Origin: Paramecium tetraurelia
Taxonomy: Eukaryota
NCBI GenBank assembly: GCA_000165425.1
Contig: CT868042.1
Location: forward strand, 124,001 to 188,000
Length of the DNA: 64,000 bases
Reading direction: 5' to 3'
Part shown: piece by piece, positions 1 to 14,600 of the stretch
Numbering within the stretch: position 1 is the stretch's first letter
How the letters are laid out: each line of letters opens with the position of its first letter
Translations under genes and position numbers: made by a program
The notes under the pieces: generated by a model
Told to the model about the DNA's origin: nothing
The model's input: only the letters and a program-made list of their open reading frames with translations
Databases searched by the model: none

Positions 1-461
1 ATATGCAATGCATAATTTTATTGAATGAGGTAGGACAATTTATATTATTTGTGCAATATTGCTTATAGTTTAACGTATTCAATTTTATGCAATAGCAATC
101 TTCACAATTTTTCAATCTCTCCTAAGTCATCTGAAAATAATTAGCTTTCAACCTACTTTGGTCTTTGACACTCTTTTCAAACCATTACAATGATAGAATG
201 ATAAAAAGCATTCACAAAATATTGATTTTTCACCTTAGCGGGATAGGATTCTAGTTTTATAATTGGACTTAATTTTGGATTTATATTGTAATTCTTAATT
301 TTAATTCATCCCACTTCTTCTATAGATTACTATTTTTAATTTTATATGATAAATTCAAAGTAGGATGCTCAAACTGTAATTAGCAAATCAGAACTTCATC
401 TCGATTCGAACTTAGGATCAATTTTACAAAATTAATTAAAAATTATATAAATAATAAAAAC

Positions 462-784
462 ATGTCATCACATCATTAAGAGAGTTTACCCTAAATAAGA
501 TCATTTATGGTGGAGAGAAATGCTTACATAATAGATTTAACAAAAAGAACCATAATTAAAAAAGGCAATTAATAAGTCAAATTGAAGCTACCAAGCTTGA
601 GTTAAAGATAGTCAATAATTACAATCAGGGATCCTCCAAAAATTAAACAAAAAAGGGACTCATTAACTGAAAAGATTAGAAAAATTCTTGTATGTTAATA
701 TACCTATCCTAGGATTATTAATCTCCTTAATTCAGTTTGAAAAGAATGTTAGAAAAAAAAGTTAAAACAGTGACATTTCTTTGA
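462..784 (+). CDS. Small basic hypothetical protein (~99 aa), one 23-nt intron (690-712)
   Basis: ATG 462; code-6 frame MSSHHQESLPQIRSF...KKVKTVTFL ends at TGA 782-784 after removing a GT..AG intron. Confidence 0.6.
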
Positions 785-1639
785 TAATAAATTTATATTT
801 TTCAATATTATCGTTCACAATATAGTAAGAAAACCTTTCTACTCTATTCATTTCGTTCTATTGGTTATTCTCCTTTTAATAAGTTAATCAATCCATTCTC
901 ATTTGGAAAACCCACTGTTCATAACAGCTAAATTTTAAAACAATGAGAAAATCTTTTAAAATCGCATATATTTTATTTAGATTTTCAGAATGTTGATTAC
1001 TTTGGGTTTGTTTAATTATCTAATAAATTGTAAAATTATAAAATACTATATTAATGCAGATCAAATAAAATGATTGAAAATATAATAATATTTGGTTATA
1101 TGCAATTCTAACTTATTTTTTAGATCACCACCTTAAATAGCATCTTATGTTGTTTTCTTCTAAATAACGTGAGTAATATAAGTTGAAAACTAACATAATT
1201 TCTGAAATTGTTCTAGCTCTATCAAAAAGTTCAGTTTTAACAAGAAGTTATTGATTTCCTATCTATAACTTTGAGATAATCATATTTTAATATATTTGTT
1301 AAACCCCCTAGAATTATAATTGAGGGCTTTTTTAATTCAAAATTAACATTTCAATTTTTAATATAACAACTATTTTAGGAAATTTACTAATGTAATTTAA
1401 ATCCTGAAATAACAACTACCTCGCTTAAAATAGCAAATTTAAGATTAATGGTTTTTTATATATCTAATAACCTAAATTGATAGAATAATTCCTTTATTAG
1501 TATTATTATTACTATAAAATGTAGTTATATTTTCTATTTTTTATTTGTATGCCTGTAAATATTTCTCAATTCATATAATATTCTTTCAATTGCATAATTA
1601 AGTGATTTATCATAACAGCTACAAAAAATTAATATAATT

Positions 1640-3160
1640 ATGTTTTCAAATTAGAGTAAAAATACAATTGTTCATTTGATTAAGGATGTTGTATAAGGGG
1701 AAAAGGAATTGGAAAATATAAAGCAGAGTCTAATTCTCCATATCACTGATAACAATGCCAGTTATTAGACCTGCTTTTTACATGTTATAAATTGTAATAA
1801 TATTAGCTTGCTTATGAGAAAGATAGAATAACGAGAAATGATTTGGAAGTATTTCTATAAAGTTCGTAAATACGTTTTGATTTAAGAGAAATATCATTGC
1901 TGAAATATACTACCTATTAAGAGTAAAATAAAATAATAATCATTAGTTTTTTGGACTTAATGCTTCCCAACAATCAAATATTTTTGAAGCAATATCAATA
2001 AAAACAAATGAATTATAACAATCCTAATTCTGACATACTTAATATAATAGGTAAAGTGTTTGGAAAGAATATTGAAATTATTCGAAAAACATAGGCATAT
2101 TTAGATGCATTGATATTAAGATTTGATAAGAGCACATTATTAAACTATTTGTGTCCAAAATCAGATAAAAATACTCCAGTTTTCTTACAATTGTTAAAAA
2201 ACATTGATTTAGATATAAGTTTTGAAGATGTTATCTGTGCGATGAGAAGATTAGATAAGGATCAAGATTCGGATGTAAATAGATTTGATTGGGAAGAACT
2301 GCTTAAATGTTCAAAACCTCCAAAAAATAATTAAACATCCACTGGAAATCTATAGAAATAGATTAGTAAATAATAAAGTTCAAAATCAATTAACCGAAGT
2401 GAATCTAGATAAAAGACAGATCAAGAAAACATCAATTCAAATCGAAACGTTCATTTTTCAATTACCAAATCATCAACAAAGTCTTTAAAAAAGTCATCTA
2501 GTATTATGGAAGAATCAATTCTGGAATTTCAATTGCACATTATAACTATTGGTAAATTAAATGAAGAATTAGATCAGATAAAATTAGAGGTATTTAAGTA
2601 TATCTATCAAGCTTTCAAGTCGGGGTGATTATTCAATTTCTCAAGCATTTTAATTTTTTGATCTTGATGTTGATGGTTCAATAGGATTGTAAGATTTAAA
2701 ACTCGCGTTTTTGTAGTTAGGAATAGACGTTAATGATTTTATAATTAGGTAACTAATCCATAGTTATTCGACTCAACATTCTTAAACATAATGGGAGTAA
2801 GAATTAATATATTTAATTAGTCTAACTGATTTTAAAAGCTTGTTCCCAGAAAGTAGATAGGCTTTAAATACTTACATGGGGGCGTTTAGTTATGAGACTA
2901 AGAAAATCATTAGAATATTGATATAGAAATATTTAGAATTAATTAGATATAGGAAGGAATCAACTCATTCATTGGGATCAGACTCAAAGAACATTGATAT
3001 AATATTCAATTTCATAGATTTGGATTAGGATGGGATAATTACTTAGGATGACTTCAAAGTGTTAGATGTTAAAGGCAAACATATTTTAGTATTCTTTTAA
3101 TCATTTTAAGAATATCCTTACTAAATAACTTATAATTAATTTTAGAAGTATTTTAATTGA
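1640..3160 (+). CDS. Multi-EF-hand calcium-binding protein, several tiny introns
   Basis: MFSNQSKNTIVHLIKDVVQGEKELENIKQ...; EF-loop-like DKDQDSDVNRFD, DLDVDGSIGLQD, DLDQDGIITQDD; ends YNQFQKYFN-TGA. Confidence 0.75.
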
Positions 3161-3324
3161 TTTATTAATAAAAATTAATAATTATAGATAGAATTAAATA
3201 TGTTCACATAGATATATAAATTTATGATCACTCTAAAAATAGAAAATCAAAATTTGATCATAAAAGATGGAATTCTTTTTTTTAATATTTATATTGATAG
3301 ATGAAATGAATTAAATTCTAAACT

Positions 3325-4807
3325 TCATTATTCATAATAATTTTATTATGGATTCATATAGAAATCTAACAACAACTGTTTATGCTCGATGTTCATTTGG
3401 TTTTTTTAATTAATAAACTCCTTAAAAACTGCTTAATCAATTTGGTCATATTCATCTTCCTCATTTTCTAAAATTAATATTAAAATCTTACTGCATTATT
3501 CCAAAATTGCTTGTCTTTTTTGTTAGTACTGAGAAATGGCAGTCTCCTTATCAAATTCAAGTAGATCGATTAATAGTTACTTCATCAACAACCTCTTATT
3601 ACAGATCAATGATCTTGGAAACAATTTTAATTTGTAAATGCCCTCTTGGGATTCGACATCTGACAATAAATAATTGGGGTTTGATAGAAATGATTCTGCA
3701 TACTCTAAAAGAAATGCTCCACAATCAACGTAATTAACTTAACGAGGCACCAATAATTAATAGGCTGGGATACCCTTGATAGGAGAATCATTGTAATTGA
3801 CTTCGATTGAATTCACATCGCAATTGATTTTGTGAAGGTACCTTGAAATGTTATGGAATACAAATATTACATCTTGATGATTGTGATTAGCTTTTGATCC
3901 ATAATTCCAAAACTATCCAAGTAGATTATCAATGAGTCAGCAAAGGATTTGGTCTTTTTGTGTACTATCAACAAGGACCAATGTTCTGGCAAATTAATTG
4001 GAAATAACAAGTACTCTTTTTCAGTTAGATCTTCCTTAATCCATTTTTTTATCTATTCATACTACAATTTAAATAGTTCAATCAGTTTTGCATGATCATT
4101 TTAGCCAATCATCTGTAGTTTCTCAAAAGCACATAGTTTCACTACGAAATATGTATTGAAGATGTAGGTTTTGGCTCGTAATGATTAATCTATCAATTCG
4201 AATTCTATAAACTTAAGGTAAAAGTTAATGATGCCATCATTCAAATAATTTGGTGGATTTAATTTTTGAATATCATGTTATTTGATTTGTATTGTTTTTT
4301 TTTAATTACCAGTCATGTATTGAAGACTGTATTCATAATCTTCCTTGAGTTTGGCATCCAACTGGAATATTTTATCTACAATTGTTTCATCCTGGTACTT
4401 TGCAAATCGTTCTTTCTATTCTTACTTAATTTGATCCCACATCTATTGGTTTTTCAATTGGGTTTGCTTTTTGTTCTTGTCATTCGAGTCAAAGGTTAAA
4501 CTAATTATTGTATATAGTACTATTTTTGATCACTATAGAATGGTGTAACTAATTATAATTAACAAATTAAATTATCAAAATTATTGAGTACTCTTTTTTA
4601 ATCAGTTAATGTGATGTATTTTGGTTCTTGATTTTGTTTATTCTCTTCAACCTAATGATAAATTGCTAACTTTACCTCCTTGGTATGGTTTTGCATGATC
4701 TCTTCTTCTTGGCACTGGATATCAATATCACCAAAAACTTTGAAAGCACTTTTAATGCTGTCCTTGAGAGAGTGCAAATGCAAAATAATACTTGACTCTT
4801 CAGCCAT
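3325..4807 (-). CDS. Ulp1/SENP-family SUMO protease (peptidase C48)
   Basis: YLNDGIINFY, PINLPEHWSL (His), IYLDS (Asp), RQVNYVDCGAFLLEY (Gln/Cys); introns of 20 and 23 nt restore the frame. Confidence 0.9.
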
Positions 4808-4965
4808 TTTTATTAATATATTTATTGAAAAATATTCCCTTGTTTATTTATCTAATATATAAAGCAAAATAGATGGAATTTCTTTATCCTTCCATCTTTT
4901 TGAGAGAATAATTATGAACAACCATATAATTTAATATCGAATATTTAAATTAATTTCTTAACTCT

Positions 4966-5759
4966 ATGCAAGGGCTAATCGAAATCGAACCTAAACAATT
5001 TTTAGAATTTGAGGCTGAAGAAAACAAATTAGCACACGCTCAATTATCCCTTAAAAATTTGACTTAACAAGATGTCGCATTCAAAGTATCATTAATTTCA
5101 AATAAAATAGATAAAAACAACAACGCCTACCTTGTTTCAAGTGAAACCAAGCGTGGGTGTTATCAATATCAATTAGACCCAACTAATTGAGATATCTACA
5201 AGTCAACCCATAAAGGCTGATGCAAAATTTGATCCAAAATTTTAAGTTAATGCTTGCTTTATTGACTTTCCTGATCAAGGTACTCTATATAATATCTAAT
5301 ATTGCTTAGATCTGACTCAATTCTGGAAAAACAGAGATCAATCAACTATTTAATCCTAATAAATTAAAAGCAGAATAAAATAATAGAATGCTCAACAGGA
5401 TGCTTAATCGTTTCAGTCAGTTCCTGATTCCAAAATACTTGATTCCAATGCTAGTGTTTCGCAATAATAAGAATCCAAAATGTTCAAGTCTGTTATAGAA
5501 CCAAAATCAGAAAAGGATGACCAAATTAAACAATATTAAGACCAATTTGAAAAGCTTGTAATTATTTATACAATCTAATAATATAGTAACAAGAATATCT
5601 TGAATTCAGAAAGAAAATTGAAGCTGAAACCTAATAAGCATAATTAAAAAAGGGTAATTCAAATATCACTAATTCTTAGACAAGAATAATCTGAGTATCT
5701 CTTAACTATTGTTGGCTGTTGTAATCGCCTTAGTCGCAGGTTATTTTATAGGAAATTGA
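4966..5759 (+). CDS. VAP: VAMP-associated protein (MSP domain, coiled coil, C-terminal TM anchor), 4 introns
   Basis: LKNLTQQDVAFK|IKTTTPTLFQVKPSVG MSP signature; tail LLLAVVIALVAGYFIGN-TGA. Confidence 0.88.
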
Positions 5760-5837
5760 TTTCATTATTTACATCATCAATCCAACCTATCAATCAATTC
5801 TATATAATTAACTCAATTAATAAATTAAATTAAGAAT

Positions 5838-6383
5838 ATGGGAACAATCATTGTTGGTAAGTGTCAATGCTAATGCTACATCAATTATGTATCATGTGAT
5901 TACACCTACCAAGAACATGAAATCAGAACAGAAAGGAGAACTAATCGCTTTGCTGAAAACACTGAAAAGTCAATTAACAAAATCAAATCTCCTGGCAATT
6001 CAACAGAAAAACTCTCTAGATTTTCTTCTACTCGTAAACCCTCAAGTAGATCAAGCTCTTTAAAATCCAAATATCTGGAATCTAGTGAATGCAATGTTGA
6101 TCCCGATGAATCTTCTTCAACAAGAATCAAATAGAAACCTAAACTCAACCCTTCCTTTGTAAAGTCTTTCCAATCTTACAGTTTTAGAGAATTTTCTGTT
6201 AAACCCCAATTTACGATCAGTTAGTAATAAAAGACTGAACACTAAAAAAGTACCTAAAGTACATTAGTTTCATAAATTAAATCAAGTAATCGACCATTAA
6301 ACAATAAAGATAATATGGCAGATTAATATGAATATAGACCTTTTAAAAAAGCAAATAAGTATTAGTAACTCTTTTTTAAGTGA
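5838..6383 (+). CDS. Ser/Lys-rich hypothetical protein (181 aa), intronless
   Basis: ATG to TGA open in code 6, 546 nt; MGTIIVGKCQCQC...QQLFFK. Confidence 0.65.
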
Positions 6384-6399
6384 ACGAATTATGAAATTA

Positions 6400-7740
6400 T
6401 CATAATGCATTAGTATTTATAGTTTATAAAAATTTCAAAAATTGACTTTGGTTAAGTTTCGATATAGTTGATGGCTCTAATGTTTATCAATTTTCTATCC
6501 TGTTTGTCATTATTTTTTTAAAAAGCCTGGTTTAAGGAATTTATTATGTGGATAAATGTTTGGTTGTTGATATAATTTAGTTTAACATATATGATATACA
6601 ATAGATCATCGATGTAAAAAGAGATCTTGCTTGGTGAAATCCTTCTTAAACTAAAATCTATATTTTTTATCTATTTATTTAAAATAGATCTTTATGTCTA
6701 TAGTTATTATAATTTGGTCTACTAATTTAATTTAAAAAATTAAAATCAATCACAATTTTTATTTATTCAATATCATCCAATACTTTATGTTTCAATCCTA
6801 TTCTTAAGATCAGTTGGCTTTATTCATATCTCAGTTTTCATTATATTGACTACTTCTCATCTTAGCAATTCAATAACTATTGATTTTCAAAACTATCTTA
6901 TTGATACGGATTATTTATTTAAGAAGGGGCTAAAATTTTGTATTCTTTGATTGATTATCGATCTAGGATTAATATGATATTTACAGTTTTTTTTGGAATT
7001 TTCTAACCAAGAGTTTATAATAAATCTTAGATAAAAGATAAAAAAAATTAAATATTCAACTGATCAATATCCATTCATCTTTTGATAAAGAATAGAGAAT
7101 TTTATTTGATTTATTTAATTTTCAGATTGTCATCTTAATCACCATTTTCATAGAATTACTCATAGTAATTATTGGATAATTGCCTATACCATATTTTAAT
7201 TGTAGCAATCTGTTAAAATATTGTGTTTTCCCTTATTTTACATCTTTTTACAAATCAATAACTTTTGCTATAAGGCTGTTATTTAAGTCTGTGAGTCACT
7301 CAAAGTTTTAGATGGTCATCCTTTAAGATTTCAATCTTCATTTCATACTCTTCAATTTTAGAGCTAACTTGAAGAAGCAACTGCCTTAGTAGATGAGCAA
7401 ATGCTTTATCATAAAACTGTCAATTAGAAGTAAGATATTTCTGATTCTTATTGAAAAATAATGGTTCCACTTACACCTTTTGAATTATTCTCAAAATATA
7501 TTTATTTTTAATACTATTATGAATATCCATTAATGATTGCCTCTATTAATTATTTTTTGAGATTCTTAAACTCTTTCTTCTTATATTTTGATACAATTTT
7601 ATTTATCCATGATTTCCTTATGTTCCTTTAGGTTATCTTCAAGCATATCTTCCAACTCTTTTAAACTGTAAAAATACTCTCTCCTATTAAGATTACTCAG
7701 TAATTTCTTACTAGAGTTTCTAAACTTACAAGCCCAATTA
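6400..7740 (-). pseudogene. Decayed coiled-coil-type gene remnant (boundaries approximate)
   Basis: Coding-like segments (REYFYSLKELEDMLEDNLKEHKE; QFYDKAFAHLLRQLLLQVSSKIEEYEMKIEIL) broken by frameshifts and in-frame TGA; intron-like GT..AG; no ATG at the expected start. Confidence 0.45.
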
Positions 7741-7760
7741 TTAAATAAAAAAATAAAATA

Positions 7761-8318
7761 ATGAAAAATGATGAATAGTTTCTTAGTTTCATGGTTGAGA
7801 ACGATGACTCTCAACTTGTGGAATCTAGACTCTTCAAGGAAAACGATGACGACTATTTCAAGTCACTTAGCAAATAGTTTTATGGATCTAAATCTTAGGA
7901 TGGTATACAATTCAGTTTGTCATCTTTCATAGTAAAGAAGCAATTGAAGATAATAAAATCGGCAGGAGATTTAAAAATGAAACTATCCAATACTGTTAAT
8001 TTGAACAACGTCTTAAAGCCCTTCTCTATTAGCTATTAATTGCAGTAGGTACTACCCAATATTTTTATCTGTTATAGTAAATTCATAAACTCTTAAGCAA
8101 ACCTAAGCCATAAGGTACCAGTTTATCAAGTTCGTTCAAAACCAACTAGAAAATTAATTAAATGAAGTTAACTTACTAACAGCTCTAAAATAGAAAATTA
8201 GTTATTCCAAAAAATGAAGATTCCAACATTTAAACCCAAAACTCGTATCGGAGCACACTCAATACGAGCACAAAGAGCTAGCCCAAAAAGGATAATGTCT
8301 TAGATTTGTATTAGATGA
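7761..8318 (+). CDS. Hypothetical basic protein, one 29-nt intron
   Basis: MKNDEQFLSFMVENDDSQ...RIMSQICIR-TGA after removing gtactaccc...ttatag. Confidence 0.6.
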
Positions 8319-8434
8319 AATTAAAAACTGAGAGAAGCGTTGAAAAACCTAAATTAATTAAAGTCCTCAAAAGAAATAAAATTCATTGAAGTTTTTTATA
8401 TAATTTTTCTATTTTGTTTTTCAAATATAATATA

Positions 8435-9784
8435 ATGTTCAAAATTTGTGGTTATTGCATGTCTAATTTGCAGAAACTGAAAAAGTATGCTCCTCCTAAA
8501 AAAATAGAAGCAAAAACACTAAGACCCTATCAGCATCCATCTAATCCATTGACTAAAAAAATTGACATTCTGTCCCCAACAAAACCTGAGCGATTTCTAT
8601 TGGAAGATTATGAAACACCAGCCACTCTCTACACTATCAATGAAAAAGCTATTAAAACAGCTGATTTGGGCACAAAGGTCTCCAATAAAATATTATTGAA
8701 ACCATTAGCGCAAAAACCATCTGTTGCCATTGAAGAATAGAAATTCTTGGCTGTGTCCATTATCGGACCACCCAATTCAGGGAAATCAACATTTTTGAAC
8801 CAGATGATAGGCGAGCCAATAAGTGCAGTATCAAACAAGAGTAATACCACAGTCTCAGAAATCAGAGGAGTGCATACAGATGTCAAAAGTGGTGTTCAGA
8901 TAGAACTTGTGGATACCCCAGGAGTGACCAAGCGTTACAAATTCTCAAAGCATTTCGTGACAAAGGCTTGGGATGTTATTGAAGACACCAATATGGTGAT
9001 CATTTTAATCGATGCAATCAAGACTTTAGACATCAGTATGAAGAATGTCATGTCAAGATTAAACAAAATTAGAGTAGATTAAGAGCAATTAAGAAGTTAC
9101 TTTAGAAATGAGGATGATTTCAAACAGTCAGAGGAAAAACCAATTCCTAAAATACTTGTTTTTAATAAGATGGATTTATGCTTTAATAAGAAGAAATTGA
9201 AGTGGTTGTAAACTGAGATGGAAGATCTAGGGAAGTATGATTAGACATTTTATATATCCTCTTAGACAGGGTATGGAATGGAGGAGTTGAAATAATATCT
9301 GTATTCTCAGAGTTTTTAATGTAGATGGAAATATAATGAAAATCAGAAACATCTATTTACTCCCATGGACTAATTGGAATAAATAGTCAGATAAGCTATA
9401 TTTAAAAGATTCTATAATGAAATCCCATTTGTTATCGGTATATATGTGAAAGAGTTCAGAGTAACTAGCAAAGAGTCAGCTAAAATTGAAGTCTAAATCA
9501 ATGTTTAGACATCATCCTAAGCGAGGATTGTCATTGGAGAAGATGGTAGGGCTATTAAGTAGGTGAAGAATGAGATTGAGATAGGTATGGCAGATATCTA
9601 TAAGAGACTATTCTAGGTGAAGTTACAGGTAACAATTAAATAGGGTGACAAACAAATAGAGTTTGATGCGGAGAAGGAGGATAGAACTGAGCATGCTTAA
9701 TTAGATGAAACTTTGTGGAGAAAGGAGGAAAGAGAGAGGAGACAACTTTTAAATGTTAAATTCTCAAAATTTTTATAGGATTGA
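8435..9784 (+). CDS. ERA: Era-like GTPase (probably mitochondrial ERAL1 type), 449 aa, intronless
   Basis: G1 GPPNSGKST, G2 NTT, G3 DTPG, G4 NKMD, KH region EIPF...IVIGEDGRAIK; N-terminal extension. Confidence 0.92.
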
Positions 9785-9809
9785 AATTATTGATATATTG
9801 TGAATAAAT

Positions 9810-11615
9810 TCATTATTTAAAATATCTGATAAGAGAACATTAATTAGACTAGTTTTTATTAAGCTATTTATTTTCACCAAATAATAATTTTTATTACTTT
9901 TATTCATCATTTTCAGTTGAAGGCGATTTCAATTGATTAGTTTAATAAGTATTAGCTAGTTTTTGTAATTGTTCATTTACTTTTTACGATGAATATGATC
10001 TCAATTCATTTTATTGAACATTCAAAACATTATCAGGCATACTTTAATTATTTTTCTTGTGTTTAGCCCCAGCTTTCAACATCATCTAAGTGTTATTCTT
10101 GACTAAGTTTTCTTTATTCTCAACATCGTTCTATGTTACTTTCTTCTTCTTCAATTAAGATTGACTAGACGACGAATGAGCCTAAGAAGCGTGTTTAGAT
10201 TTAGTTGTACTCAGTAATATATTAGTGAATTTGTCATCAGCATTCGAGATATTTATTTGGGTAATTGAGGAGGATCTTTATGGTTATTTGCAAGTAAATG
10301 ATGAATAATAGAAATTGTGGAAGAATGGATTAAAAATGCTTTCTGCTTCTGAGTTGATAGACTTTTGCAATTCTTTCTAAAACTAATTTTCTCCACTAAC
10401 TATTTCTTTTTGATCAAAATTCATTTTAAATAGATCTGGTTTGAATGGAGGATCATAAGATCTATTAATCAATTTATATAAATTGAATTCTTGTAACCAC
10501 GGGTGTTTCAATACTTCGTAGATTCCGTAATTTCTTCCCAATCGATATTGCATGTCCTTCTGCAACAACTTAGATATTAAATCTTTGGCCTCAGCACTTA
10601 AATTCTTATTTGGCAGAGGTAGATCATGTTACAAAATATTTTAGTATATTTGTTCTGGATTGTTAGAATAATAGGGAGGCAATCCTGTCAATAGTTCGTA
10701 TAGGAGTGCTCCTAAACAATAATGATCAATCTAATAATTGTGTCCCAATTTTAACAGCATCTCTGGTGCCATGTATTCAGGAGAACCACAGAAGGAGTAT
10801 GCCAATTTGTCATCTTCGACATTAGGTTTTGCTAATCCGAAATCAGCCAATTTAATGTGTCCTTCTGCATCAATCAGAATATTCTCAGGCTTGATATCTC
10901 TGTAAATGACCTTATTTTCATGTAAGTGATGGATTGCCATACACACTTGACTAAAATAGAATTTTGCTTATTATTCATCCATCCTCTTCACTCTCTTCAA
11001 TTGTTAGAATAATTCACCGCCAGGACAGTATTCCATAGCAAAACATACCCAATTTTTGGTTTCAAAGGAACACAATAATTTACAAAGATTTGGATGTGAA
11101 TTATTATTGTTGGCCAGATGCACCATAATATCTCTTTCATTCTGAACAATCTGAAATTTGTCATTTTACTCAATGAATGATTTTGAAATCATCTTCAATG
11201 CCATAAATTAGCCGTTAAACTTATATCGAACTAAATAGACTCTGCTGAATCCACCTATCCCTATGCATTACAAAAAATAAAATGAATCCAAGTTGATCGC
11301 ATTCTGATATATCCCATACACAGGCTTTAAAGAGAGAGTTTGATTACTCAATACTCCTAAATCCTTATTTGTTGTTAAGTAGTAATCTAAATGAATATTA
11401 CTTTCCAAACTCTGAAATCCAACAATCTAAGTCTGATTAAGTAGGTTTCGCAAGTAACCAACTAATTGAGTGGCGGTCTAATTGCAAGTGGGATATTAAA
11501 TTTATTATGAAAACTCATTATTCACATACAACTTAATCGTCACCTGACTTTGCTTTGTTTATTCCTTCTTCATGAAATTGTTCATAAGGTGTTGCATCTT
11601 CTATTTTTGATCCAT
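9810..11615 (-). CDS. AGC-family Ser/Thr kinase (601 aa), intronless
   Basis: [48 protein letters not shown] tail PPFKP. Confidence 0.93.
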
Positions 11616-11665
11616 TTTTTTTTCTGTTAATTTATAAAATCAGCATACATATATAGATAATTATA

Positions 11666-14600
11666 TCAAGAATCAAGATCCTTCGCATGTAAGAATTCCT
11701 TGATAAACTGCTTAATTGATCTAATTCTTTGTATCACCCTCAATGGGATCATCATTATCATCGACCTTGTTCTCCAGATATCTCTCGTCATTTTCAATAC
11801 TAATGGTAACCATAAAATGAAGTAAATAATAAAAAGCAAGACTTCAAATACAATGAATAATGCCAATCTTTGAGTTTTGGCACTCTCAATGTCATTGTTG
11901 ATGCCTGCCTGCATTTACTACATTAAATACCTAAATGTTCCTAAAATTAGTAATCATATATATAATTACCCCTATTGTAAGTTTCCTAAATCACTCTTGA
12001 TTCCTTCGATTAATTAAAATTGTTTAGATTAAGAATGTAATTGGTCACATTGTCAGTATTTTAAGTAATGTTTTTAAATGTGGTGAAACCTCTAGCGATG
12101 GTTGTAAAATTGGCTTTAGGAGCATTCCAAAATTGATCATAAATTGTCATAATGTATCTAATATTCTCAAAATACCGAGCCACTCCAACTGCCATTCCTT
12201 AATACATAGCACCATCAGCAAATGTCTAACAATCATTCTCTGACATCTCATTCATATCTTAAGATAACACTGTACATGGTTGAAGCATAAACATTTGTTT
12301 GAATGCATCAGAATATATCTAATTGGTAATATCTACATTCAAAGAGTGCTCCTAATGAATTGAAGAATCCAATGCATATAATTTATCAATATTTTCTTTA
12401 ACAATCGTATAAGAGTCCTCATTCAATATTGTCATGTTCCTGTTAATATAGAGGGATCTCTCTGCATTATCAACAAATCGATAGAAACCTTCTGCTCTAC
12501 AAGTAGCATTAATTTCAGGCACTAATTAAGCCAAATTGCTTAAAAGAGTGTCTGACATAAAATAGTTGAATATAAAATAAGCCTACAAAATTAATATGAT
12601 TAAAAAGAAAGCGAAAATGTAATTACGCTAATCCTTATTAGTATTTTTAAACTTTTTCTTCTTCCTTTTGCTCTTTAATGTTCTATTGAGTTCCTCTTAT
12701 TCCTCCTTTTCAAGTTCTTCCAACTCTGATAATACTTCTTCCTCCTCTCCTATTTGAAGATTAGAAATGAAATTCTCACTCTTATTATACAAATACTTGA
12801 CTGTCTTGTCTGGAATGTCTAAAAACATTGACAGTATTTCTTCCTGTGTTTTATTGACAGACAGCGTTATGAAAGTCAATAGCAACAACCCCAAACCCAA
12901 GGCTCCTGCTGATATACCTAAAATAATTAAAAACGTCTCTTTCTTCTCAGTCGTTTTATTTGTCAAACCCTTTGCGTATAAGTTACTCGAATTTCTCAAT
13001 TAGAATACGAGATCATTGAGGAGATTGTAGATGATAAACCCTACATCATCATCCTCAAATACAATTTTACTTAATGTCTTATCTCGTACATTTAAAGCTT
13101 TACTCACAATTTATTGAGTAGCTTCCATAATGTCATAACTTTGATACTCATTCCCAAATTTCATTTTAACAACATCCTCACTCTACAATTCACTTAATTC
13201 ATCACTTATAAAGATATCAGACAACATCAAATTTTTATTTAACAAAGAAACCTACTAAATAGATTTATTAAGTTTAGATTTTTCTTACTATTCATATGCA
13301 GTTATGTCCGCACTTGAATTCAATTACCAGACATTCAAATTCAACATCTGCAAATTTTGAGTTGTTGATAATATAGTATGCAATTCAGCAGTTCTTAAAT
13401 TGGTATCCTCCACCAATAAGATTGTATTAAATATTTCATCATATTGTGCTTGACAAACAAAGAAATCTGCAAAACTCAATGCTACCAATACGAGGATTAA
13501 AATATTGGCAGTCCAACTCAACTTGGTTACAACAGGAGGTGTAACTTGACTGTTGACTACAAGTGATAGATTCTTTCTTGATCTGAATACATTATTGAAA
13601 TCCTGTTGTTAACCCTCTTATTCATTGTCCACATCTTATTGTCTTTAGAAAACACTCTTTCCTTATTGATCATCTTCTTCCGACATCATGTCATCTCGAT
13701 CATCTATGTCTTGTACTCTATTCTCAAATAATCTGAGAGTCTTGATTCCCTCTGCATAATTGATTTTCACTTGCTATTACACATTTAATTCATCTGATTT
13801 TTCGGTCTTAACCTAAGACTTGATAATTTCAACACCTCCCTAAACTGAAGATATCATTGAAGATTGATCATTCTAATCCCAGAGAATTGTCTAATCAACT
13901 CTTTGTGAATTAGATTCAGCAACATACTCTCCTAAATACAGAGCTTTAGAAGGATTGTACTTAAATTGCATACTATTACTAAGAACTTTCTATTATAAAT
14001 TGTTGACTTCTAAATTCATACTAACTTCCGTTCCTTATTATTCTAACTTAACTATGTATCCAACAACTTAGTCTTGGTTTTCATTCATTACTTCGTAAGT
14101 ATAACATTAAAACTGAATATTGTCATCCTTCTTATCTTGATCATCTAATTCCTGAGAGGCCAATTGACTATTGCTAACACCTGATTGAGTGGCAGGATTG
14201 AAAACGATTGGGCCTCCCACTTTCGATAAAAACAATTGTTTCTATTGCATATAGTTTGGTAATATCTCTGTAATCGGTGTTTTTTTATGTGAAATTAACT
14301 TTGAATCGATGTTCAATAAAGGAATGCAGGATGATGAAATTGAATCGATGACTTCTTCACTATCCAAAATCAAATAGCACGAAGGTTTGAAAGATTTAGG
14401 AATTCTGAATTACGCTGCCAATTACACATTATCATCTATAGATTGTATCACTTTCAAGTAAATGTAGCAGGGCATAATATAATTGGATTTCATCTTGATA
14501 TACACTAATCTCTCTTTATTAATATTTCTATTATCGTTGGATGATAGGAAGTTCTCGACGTGAGCATCATGGAATTTCGAATACAAATTTGGCATAAATA

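Noticed and set aside
1..420. Possible minus-strand partial CDS (FEKSVKDQSRLKANY...CEDCYC)
   Set aside because: Upstream frames contain TGAs and no consistent start or intron model; the window edge prevents a decision.
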